From: the human T2T-CHM13v2.0 reference genome, Homo sapiens
NCBI RefSeq assembly: GCF_009914755.1
Contig: NC_060946.1
Length of the DNA: 64,000 nt
Strand: one strand, 5' to 3'
The notes below the pieces were generated by a model. The model saw only the letters and a list, made by a program, of their open reading frames with translations, ran no database searches and was not told the DNA's origin. Numbering within the stretch: position 1 is the stretch's first letter; each line of letters opens with the position of its first letter. The position numbers were made by a program, and so were the translations under genes. Of the stretch, positions 27,880 through 39,400 are shown one piece after another.

Positions 27880-30500
27880 TAATGGAATGGAATGGAATCG
27901 AATGGAAAGGAATGAAATTGCATGGAATAGAACGGAATGGACTCCAATGGAATGAAATCGAATGGAATCGAAAAGAATGGATTGGAATAGAATTGAATGG
28001 AATCAAATGGAATAGAATGGAATGGAATGGAACGGAATGATCAAATGGAATGGATTTGAAACGAATGGAATGGAATCAAATGGAATGCAATGGATTTGAA
28101 AGGAATGGAATCAAATGAAATGGAATGGAATTGAATGGAATGGAATGGAATGGAATGGAATGGCGTGAAATGGAATGGCATGGAATGGAGTGGCGTGAAA
28201 TGGAATGGCATGGAATGGAATGGCATGAAATGGAATGGAATGGAATGGAATGGCATGGAATGGAATGGCATGGAATGGAATGGAATGGCATGGAATGGAA
28301 TGGAATGGAATGGAATGGAATGGATTGGACTCAAATGGAATGGAATGGAATGGAATGGACTGGAATGGAATGGACAGGAATGGAATGGATTCGAATGGAA
28401 TGCAATAAAATTGAATGGATTTGAAAGAATCTACTCGAGTGTTATGGAATGCAATGGACTCCAATGGAAAGGTCTCCAAAGGAATGGACTCGAATGGAAT
28501 GCAATCGAGAGGAATGGAAACGAATTGAATAGAATCGAATAGAAAGGAATGGAATGGAATTGAAAGGAATGGAAAAGAATGGCATGAAATGGAATGGAAT
28601 AGAATGGAATGGCATGAAATGGAATGGAATGGAATGGCATGGAATGGAATGGCGTGGAATGGCATGGAATGGAATGGCATGGAATGGAATGGAATGGAAT
28701 GGAATGGAATGGAATGGAATGGATTGGACTCTAATGGAATGGAATCGAATCGAATGAAATGGACTGGAATGGAACGGACAGGAATGGAATGGATTCGAAT
28801 GGAATGCAATAAAATTGAATGGATTTGAAAGAATCTACTCGAATGATATGGAATGCAATGGACTCCAATGGAAAGGTCTCCAAAGGAATGGACTCGAACG
28901 GAATGCAATCGAGAGGAATGGAAACGAATTGAATAGAATCGAATAAAAAGGAATGGAATAGAATTGAAAGGAATGGAAAAGAATGGAACAGTCTTGAATG
29001 GAATGGAACTGAATTGAATGGAATTGAATGGAACGGATTCGAATGGAATGAAACTGAATGAAACAGAATGGCCTGCAATGGAATAGAATGGACTCGAATG
29101 TAACGGACTGGAGTGAAATGGAATCGAATGAAAAGGACTGGAATGGAATGGAATCGAATAGAATGGAATATAATGGAATAGAATCAAATTGAATGGACAC
29201 GAATGGAATGATCTGAAATGGGAAGGTCTTGAACGGAATGGAATGGAATCGAATGGAAAGGAATGAAATTGCATGGAATAGAATGGAATGGACTCCAATG
29301 GAATGAAATCGAATGGAATTCAATCAAATTGAATGGAATTGAAAAGAATGGATTGGAATAGAATGGAATGGAATGGAATGGAATGGAACGGAATGATCAA
29401 ATGGAATGGATTTGAAACGAATGGAATGGAATCGAATGGAATGCAATGGATTTGAAAGGAATGGAATCAAATGAAATAGAATGGAATTGAATGGAATGGA
29501 ATGGAATGGCATGAAATGGAATGACATGGAATGGAATGGCATGGAATGGAATGGAATGGAATGGCATGGAATGGAATGGAATGGATTGGACTCAAATGGA
29601 ATGGAATGGAATGGAATGGACTGGAATGGAACGGACAGGAATGGAATGGATTCGAATGGAATGCAATAAAATTCAATGGATTTGAAAGAATCTACTCGAA
29701 TGTTATGTAATGCAATGGACTCCAAAGGAAAGGTCTCCAAAGGAATGGACTCGAACGGAATGCAATCGAGAGGAATGGAAACGAATTGAATAGAATCGAA
29801 TAGAAAGGAATGGAATGGAATTGAAAGGAATGGAAAAGAATGGCATGAAATGGAATGGAATAGAATGGAATGGCATGAAATGGAATGGAATGGAATGGAA
29901 TGGCATGGAATGGAATGGCATGGAATGGAATGGAATGGAATGGAATGGAATGGAATGGATTGGACTCAAATGGAATGGAATGGAATGGAATCGAATGGAA
30001 TGGACTGGAGTGGAACGGACAGGAATGGAATGGTTTCGAATGGAATGCAATAAAATTGAACGGATTTGAAAGAATCTACTCGAATGATATGGAATGCAAT
30101 GGACTCCAATGGAAAGGTCTCCAAAGGAATGGACTCAAACGGAATGCAATCGAGAGGAATGGAAACGAATTGAATAGAATCAAATAAAAAGGAATGGAAT
30201 GGAATTGAAAAGAATGGAAAAGAATGGAACAGTCTTGAATGGAATGGAACTGAATTGAATGGAATTGAATGGAACGGATTCGAATGGAATGAAACTGAAT
30301 GAAACAGAATGGCCTGCAATGGAATAGAATGGACTCGAATGTAACGGACTGGAGTGAAATGGAATCGAATGAAATGGACTGGAATGGAATGGAATCGAAT
30401 AGAATGGAATATAATGGAATAGAATCAAATTGAATGGACACGAATGGAATGATCTGAAATGGGAAGGTCTTGAATGGAATGGGATGGAATCGAATGGAAA
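27880..30500 (+). repeat. Tandem duplication of a ~1.25-1.35 kb unit, each copy holding two ~0.4-kb subunits
   Basis: ctactcga at 28431, 28835, 29692 and 30076; gcctgcaatg at 29071 and 30312; atctgaaatgggaaggtcttgaa at 29211 and 30452; tcaaatggaatggatttgaaacg at 28041 and 29397. Confidence 0.92.
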
Positions 30501-33421
30501 GGACTGGAATGGAATGGAAAGAAATGGAATGGACTCGAATGAAATGGATACAAATGGAATGCAATTCAATGGTATGGAACACAATGCACTCGAATTTAAT
30601 GGTCTCCAATGGAATGGACTCAAATGGAATGCAATCTGAAGGAGTGGAATCAAATAAAGTGGAATGAAATGGACTCGAAAGGAATGGACTAGAATGTAAT
30701 GGTTTCAAATCGAATGTAACCGAATTGAATGGAATTGAATGGAACGGATTCAAATGGAATGAAATAGAATGGAATCGAATGGTCTGGAATGGAATATAAT
30801 AGAATCGAAAGCAATGGACTGGAATGGAATGGATTCGAAAGGAATGCAACTGAATGGAATGGAATATAATGGAATGGAATTGAATGGTATGGAATAGAAT
30901 GGATGGGAATCTATTGGAATGGAATCGAATTGAATGGAAACGAATGGAAGGAACTGAAATGGAAAGGTACAGAATGGAATGGAATGGAATGCAATGGAAT
31001 GGAATGGACTCGAATGTTGTGGAATGGAAGGTACTCGAATGGAAGGGTCTCCAATGGAATGGACTCGAATGGAATGCAATCGAAAGGAATGGAATCGAAT
31101 GGAATTGATTCAAAAAAAGGGGAATTGAATGGACTCGAAATGAATGGACTGGAATGCAATGGTCTCGAATGGAATGGAATAAAAGTGAATGGAATTGAAT
31201 GGAAAGGATACGAATGGAATGAAATGGAATGGAATCGAACGGTCTGGAATGGAATACAATTGACTCGAATGTAATGGTCTCGAATGGAATGGAATCGAAA
31301 GAAATAAACTCGAATGGAATGGAATCTAATAGAATGGAATCGAATCGAATGGACAAGATTGGAAAGAACTGGGATGGAAAGGTCTCAAATGGAATGGAAT
31401 GGAACGCAATGGAAAGGACTACAATGGAATGGAAAGTAATGGAATGGAATGGAATGGAGTGGGATGGAAATGAATGAAATGGAACTGAATGGAATGCAAT
31501 GGATTCGAGTTGAATGGAAATGAATTAAATGGAAAGGAATGGAATGGAATGGAATGGAATAGAATGGACTTGAATGGAATGGAATGGCATAGCATGGAAT
31601 GGAATGGAATGGAATGTACTCGAATGGATTTGAAGGGAATGGAATGCAATGGAATGGAATGGAATGGAATGTACTCGAATGGATTTGAATGGAATGGAAT
31701 GCAATGCAATGGAATGGAATAGAATCGAATGGGATGGAATCGAACGGAATGGTATGGAAATGAATGGAATACACTGGAATGGAATCTAATGGAATGGAAT
31801 AGAATTGAATAAATTGAAATGGAAGGGTTTCGAATTGAATGAAATTGAATGGAATGGCATGGAATGGAATGGTATGCAATGGAATGCATTCGAATGGAAT
31901 CGAATGGAAAGGAATGGACTGGAATGGATCGGACTGGAAAGTAATGGACAGGAATGGAATCGACTCACAAGGAATTGAATTGAATGGAAAGGAATCAAAT
32001 GGAATGGAATAGAGTGGAATGAACTCGAATTTCAGGGATTGGAATGGAAGGGTCTAAAATGGAATGGAATAGAATGGAATGGAATGGAATAGACTAGAAT
32101 GGAATGGAATGGAATGGAATCCAATGGAATGGAAAGGAATTGAATGGAATGGAATAGAATGGAATGGAATGGAATTGCATGGAAAGGAATCAAAGGGAAT
32201 GGAATTGAATGGAATAGAATATAATGGAATGGAATGGTAGGGAATGGAATGCAATGGAATGGTATTGATTCGAATGGAATGGAATGGAATGGAAAATAAT
32301 GCAATGGAATAGAATGCAATGGATGGGAATTGACTCGAATATAATAGACTGGAATGGAATAGACTCGAATGGAATGGAATTGAATGGAATTGACTCGAAT
32401 GGAATCGAGAAGAGTGGAATGGAATGCAATATAATAGACTGGAATGTAATGGAGAGGAAAGTCATAGAATGGAATGAAATGGTCTCGAATGAAATCGACT
32501 GGAATTGAGTAGACTGGAATGGCATGGAAAGGAAGAGTATGGAATGCAATTTACTCAAATATAATGGACTCCATTTGAATGAACTCCAAAGGAATGCAAT
32601 CGAATTTAATGTAATCTAATGGAAAGGAATCAAATGGAATACACTGGTATGCAATGTTCTCAAATGGAATGCACAGGAATGGAAAGTTCTCAAATAGAAT
32701 CAACTGGAATGGAATGGAATGGAATCGAATTGAATGAAATGGAATGAAATGGAATGGCAAGGAATCGAATGGAATGTACTACAATGGAATGTACGCGAAT
32801 GGATTGCAATCAAATGTAATGTAATATAATGGAATGAAATGGAATCAAATGGAATGGAATGGAATGGACTGGAAACAAACGGAATGGAATGGAATGGAAT
32901 GGAATGCAAAGGATTCGAATGGAATGGAATCGAAAGAAATATAACGGAATGGAAGGGAATGGAATGGAATGGACTTGAATGGAATGGAACGGTATGGAAC
33001 GGAATGGATAGGAATAGAATGGATTGGGGTCGAATGGAATGGAATGGAATGGTATCGAATGGAAGGGTATGCAAATGAATGGAATGTAATGGATTGAAGA
33101 AAATGGAATGGAACGGAATGGAATACAAAGGACTAGAAAGGATTCAAACGGAAGGGACTGGAATTGAATGGAATCATATGGAATGGAATGGAATGAAATG
33201 GAATGGAATGGACGCAAATGGAAAGGAATAAAATCGAATGGAATCAAATGGAATGGAATGGACTGGAATGGTATGGAATGGACTGGAAAGTAATGGATTG
33301 GAATGGAATGGACTGGAGAGGAACAGAATCGAATAGAATGGAATCGAATGGAAAGGAATTGAATGGAATGGAATCGAATGGAATGGACTCCAGATGAATA
33401 GATTGTAATGGAACGGTATCA

Positions 33422-33471
33422 AATGTAATGTAATGTAATGTAATGTAATGTAATGTAATGTAATGTAATGT
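33422..33471 (+). repeat. Perfect (AATGT)10 variant-pentamer microsatellite
   Basis: Directly visible run aatgtaatgt..., in phase with the surrounding AATGG array. Confidence 0.92.
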
Positions 33472-36400
33472 ATTGGAATGGAATGGAATACAATGCAATC
33501 AAATGGAATGAAAAGGAATGGAATGGAATGGAAAGGAATGGAATGGAATGGAAATGACTCAATAGGTATGGACTGGAATGGAATGGAATAAATTGGAATG
33601 GAATGGAATGGAGTGGAATGGAATGGACTCAAATGAAATTGGCCAGAATGGAATGGACTCGAATTGAATGGACTGGAATGCAATGGACTCGAATGGAATG
33701 CAATGGAATGGAATGGAATGTACTTGACTTAAATGCACTGGAATGTAATTGACTGGAATGGAATGGACTCAAATGGAATGGAATGCAATGGAATGGAATG
33801 GAATGGAATGGAATAGAATGGACTGGAATGGACTCGAATGTAGTGGACTCCATTTGAATGAACTGCAATGGAAGGCAATCGAATGGAATGGAATCGAAGG
33901 GAATGGAATGAAATGGAATGGACTGGAATGCAATGGACTGCAATGGAAGGATCTCGAAAGGTAGAGAATGGAATTGATTCGATAAGTATGGAATGGAATT
34001 GAATGGAATGGAAAGCAAGTGAATATAATGGACAGAAATGGAATGAACTTAAATGGAATGCAATCAAATGGAATGGAATGGAAATGAATGTAATGGAATG
34101 AAATTCAATGGAATTTAATGGAAGGGATTGGAAACAAATGAAATGGAATGGAATGGAATCTAAAGGATTCGAATGCAATCGAATGAAATGAAATGGGGTC
34201 AATGGAATGTGCTGGAATGGAATGGAATGTACTCGAATGTAGTGGACTGGATTGGAATTAACTCGAATGGAATGTTAAGGAATCGATTTGAATGGCTTAC
34301 AATGGAATGGAATCATGAGGAATGGACTTGAAAGGAAGGGAATAGAATGGAATGGAACCGACTGCAATGCAATGGAATGGCCTCGAAAGGAATGGACTTC
34401 TATGGAAGGTAATCAAATGGAATGGAATAGACTGGAATGCAATAGAATGAACTCGAAAGGAATGGACTTGCATGGAACCGTTTCGAATAAAATGGACACG
34501 AATGGATTTGAATTTAAAGGAATGGAATGGAATGGAAGGTAATGGGATGGAATGGACTTGAACGTAATGGCCTGAATGGAATGTACTCTACTGGAAGGGA
34601 ATCGTGTGGAATGGAATCAAAAGGAATGGACTCGCTTGGAATGAAATAGAACAGAATGGAATCAAATGCGTTGCAAACGAATGGAATGGACTTGGATTGA
34701 ATGGATTGCAATGGATTGGTCTCGAATGTATTGGAATTAAATGGATTGTAATGGAGTAGAATGGAATGGAATGTAATGGATGTGAATGGAATGGAATGCA
34801 ATGGAATGGAATGGAATGGAAGCGAATGTAATGAACTGGAATGGAACGGACTGGAATGGAATGGACTCGAATGGAATGGACTCGAATGGAATTGATTCAA
34901 ATGGAACGGACTCGAGTGGTCTGTAATGCAATGGACTCGAATGTAATGGTCTCCATTGGAATGCACACGAATGGAATGCATTAGAAAGGAATGGAATCGA
35001 ATGGAATGGAATCAAATAAAGTGGAATGAAATGGACTCGAAAGTAATGGACTACAATGAAACGTTCTTGAAAGGAATGGAATTGAATTCAATGGAATTGA
35101 AAGGGATGTATTCGAATGGAACGGAATTCAAATAATTAAATGGTCTGGAATGGAATACAATGGACTCGAGTGTAATGGAAAGGAAAGGAATGGACTCGAA
35201 TGGAATGGAATCAAATTGAATGGAATCTAATGGAATGGAATAGAATCCAATGTACATGAATGGAATGAACTGGAATGGAAAGGTGTCAAATTGATTGGAA
35301 CAGAATGCAATAGAATGGAATGGAATGGTGTGGAATGGAATGTACTCGAATAGAATGGTCTCCAATGGAATGAACTCGAATGGATTGCAATCGAAATGAA
35401 TGGAATCAAATGGAATTGAATCGAATAAAGGAGAATTGAATGGACTCAAAAGGAATGGACAAGAATGGAACGGTCTGCAATGGAATGGAATAGAATTAAA
35501 ATGATTGGATTCGAGTGGAATGAAATGGAACAGAATCGCATGGTCTGGAACGGAATAGAATCAACTCGAATGTTATGGACTGCAATGCAATGGACATGAT
35601 TATAATGGAATCGAATGGAATGGAATCGAATCGAATGGAACCGAATCGAACGGACACGAATAGAATGAAACGGAATGGAAAGGTCTCGAATGGAATGGAA
35701 TGGAATCGAATGCAATGGAATGGAATGGAATACAATAAAATGGAATACAATTGAATGGTATGGAATGGAAAGGTATGGAAACTAATGGAATCAAATGGAA
35801 TGCAGTGGATTTGAGTTGAATGGAAAGGAATGGAATGGAAACGAATGGAATGGAATGGAATGGAACGGGATAGATTCGAATGGAATGGAATGGCAAGGCA
35901 TGGTAAATAATGGAAATGAATGTACTCGAATGGATTTGAGTTGAACGAAATGCAATGAAATGGAAAGGAATGGACTCAAATGGAATGGAATGGAATGGAA
36001 TGGAATGGATTTGAATGTAATGAACTGGAGTGTAATGGACTCCATTGGAATGGACTCCAATGGAATGCATTCGAATGGAATGGAAACGAATGGAATGGAC
36101 AGCGATGCAATGGACTCGAATGGAAAGGACTGGAATGGAATAGCCTAGAAAGAAATGTAATGTAATGAAATGGAATGGAATCGAATGGAATGGAATCGAA
36201 TCGAGTGGAATGGAATGGAATGAAATGGAATCGAATGCAATGGAATTTTAAGGAAAGGAATGGAATGGAATCGAATGGAATCAAATGGAATGGAATGGAA
36301 TGGAATGGATTGGAATGGAATGGAAAGGAATGGAATGGAATGGAATGGAATGGAATGGAATGGAGAGGAGTGGAGAGGAGTGGAGTAAATGGACTAGAAT

Positions 36401-39400
36401 GGAGTGAAATGGAATGGAATGGAAGTGAATGCAATGGAATGGAAAGGAATGGAATGCAATCGAATGAAGTGAAGTGGAACGGAACGGGGTTGAGTGGAAT
36501 GGAATTGAATGGAATCGAATGGAATGGAATGGATTGGAGTAGAATGTAATGCAGTGGAGTGGAATGGGGTGTAATGGAATGCAATGGAATGGAATGGAAC
36601 GGAATGGAGTGGAGGTGAGTGCAATAGAATGGATTGGAATGGAATGGAGAGGAACGGAATGCAATGGAATGGAATTGAATGGAGTGGAATAGAATGGAAT
36701 TTAATGGAATGGAACAGAATGGAAAGGAATGGAATGGAAGGGAATGGAAGGGAATGGAAAGGAAGGGAAAGGAATGGAGTGGAGTGGATAGGAATTGGAT
36801 GGAATGGAGTTAAATGGAGTGAATTGGAATTGCAAGGAATGGAAAGGAATGGAGTGGAATGGAGAGGAGTGGAGTCGAATGGAACGGAATGGAGTGCAGT
36901 TGAGTGGCATGGAGAGGAATTGAATGAAATGGAATGGGATGGAATGGAATGGAATGTAGAGGAGGGGAGTGGAGTGGAGTGGAATGGAATGAAATGTATG
37001 GAATAGAATTGAATGGAATGAAATGGAATGGAATGCAGTGGAATGGAGTAGAGTGGAATGGAGGGAAATGGAAAGGAAAGGAATGCAGTGGATTGGGGTG
37101 GAATCGAATGGAAAGGAGTGGAGTGGAATGAAAAGAAAGGAGTGGAGTGAATGGTAAAAAGGAATGGAATGTTATGGTATGGAATGGAGTGGAATGTAAT
37201 AGAATGGAATGGATTGGAAACTAAAGAAAGGAATGGAAAAGAATAGAATGGAGGGGAGGGGAATTGAATGGAGTGTAGGGGAATTTAATGGAATACAATG
37301 GAAAGGAATAGGATGGGATGAAATGGAATGGAGGGGTTGGGAGAGGATTGGAGGGGGAGATGTGGAATGGAATTAAATGGATTGCAAAGGAATGGAAAGG
37401 AATGAAATGAAATGGCGTGTAGTGGAATGGAATGGAGTGCATTGGAATGGAATTGAATGGAATGGAATGGAGAGCAGGCGAGTGGAGTGGAGTGGAAAGG
37501 AATTAAATGTAATGTAATGTAATATAAACTAATGAAATGTAGTGTTATGTAATGTAACGCAGTGGAGTGGAGTTGAAAAGAATGGAATGGAATGAAGTGG
37601 AAAGGAAGAGAATGGAATGCCATGGAATGGAATGGAATGGAGTGGCATGGAGTGAAATGGAATGGAATGGAATCGAATGGAATGGAGTGGAATGGAGCGG
37701 ATTGGAATGGAATTGAATGGAAAGGATTGGAGAGGAATGGAGTGGAGTGGTGTAGAATTGAATGGAATGCAGTGCAGTGGAATGACAAGGAATGAAGAGG
37801 AATGGAATGGAATGGAGTGGAGTAGAGAGGAGAGGAGTGGAATGGAATGGAATGAAATGTAATGGAATGGAATAGAATGATATTTAATGGAGTGGATTGC
37901 AATGGAATGGAATGGAATTCAGAGGAATGGAGTGGTATGGAGTGGACTGGAACGGAATGGAGGAGAATGGAATGCATGCAATGAAATGGAACCCCATGGA
38001 ATGGAATGGAGTGGAATGAAATGTAGTGGAGTGAAGTTGAAAAGAATCGTGACGAGCAGAATGGAAGGGAATGGAATGGAAAGGAATGGAATTTAATGGA
38101 GTGGTGTGGAGTGGAATGTAATGGAGTGCAGTGGAAGTGAATGCAAAGCAAAGCAATGGAATTTAATGGAATGGAGTAATGGGGAGTGGACTGGAGTTGC
38201 GTGGAGTTCAGTGGAATGTAATGGAGTTGACTGGAGTGGAGTGGAAAGTAATGGATTCGAATGGAATGGAATTGAATGGGCAAGTATGGAATGGAATTAA
38301 CTGGAAGGAAATGGAATGGAGTGGAATGGAATGGAATGGAATGGAGTGGAATGAAGCGGAATGTAGGGGAGTGGAATGGAATGGAGTGGAGTGGAGTTGA
38401 GTGAAGTGGAATACAACGGAGTGGAATAGAGTTCAGTGGAATGGAGTGGAATTTACTGGAATGGAATGTGATGGAAAATAACTGAATAATATGGGATGGA
38501 ATGGATTGGAATGGAGTGGAGAGCAGTGGACAGGAATGAATGGAATGGAAAGGAATGGAGAGAATTGGAATGGAATGGAACGGAAAGCAATGTAATGGAA
38601 AGGAATGGAATGGAGTGAAGTAGAAAGGAATGGGGTGGAGTAGAATGGAATGGAATTTAATAGAATCGAATGGAAAGGAATGGAGTGGAGTGGAATGGAA
38701 AGCAGTGGAGTGGAATGGGATGGAATGGAATGGAATGCAACTTTAGGGAAGATAAGGGAATGGAACAGAATGGAGTGGAATGGAGTGGAGTGCAGAGGAA
38801 TGGAAGGGAATGGAACGAAACGGAATGGAATGTAATGGAGTGGAATGGAATGGAGTGGAATGGTATGGAACGCAATGGAATGGAAAGGAAAGGAGGGGTG
38901 TGCAATGGAATGGAATGGAATGGAATTAAATGGAATGGAATGGAGAGTAGAGGAATAGAATTAAATGGAATGGAATGGGATGGAATGGAATGGAATGGAA
39001 CGGCATGAAATGGAGTGTAGGGGAGTGGAGTTCAATGGAAGTAAATGGAATGGAATGGTATGGAATGGAATGCAAAGGAACGGATTGAAATTGAATGGAT
39101 TAGAATAGAGGAATATGGATTGGAATGGAATGGAATGTATTGGAAGGGACTCGAATGGAATGGAATGTACTCGAATTGAATGGAATGGAGATGAATGGAA
39201 TGGAATAGAAAGGAATTGAGTGGAGGGTTTTGGAAAGGAATGTAGAGAATTGGAATGGAATGGTATGGAATTTAATGGAATGGGGTGGAGGGAAGCAGAA
39301 TGGAGTGGAGTGGTGTGCAGTGGAATGCAATGGAATGGAGTGGAATGGAGAGGAATGTAATGGAGTGGAATGGAAAGGAATGAAATAGAATGTAGTGGAA

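Larger units (their letters stand above)
20625..36360 (+). repeat. HSat3 domain A2: CpG-rich dialect
   Basis: ggtctcg returns at ~20689 and ggactcgaat is dense up to ~36120. GGAGT is rare. Confidence 0.88.

Noticed and set aside
27880-30500. CRISPR-like recurrence of conserved motifs
   Set aside because: The intervening sequence is itself duplicated satellite, not unique spacers. There are no palindromic repeats and no cas genes.
37250-37360. G-rich patch as a canonical G-quadruplex (also ~9027-9045)
   Set aside because: Fewer than four G3+ tracts within short loops; no clear three-tetrad motif.
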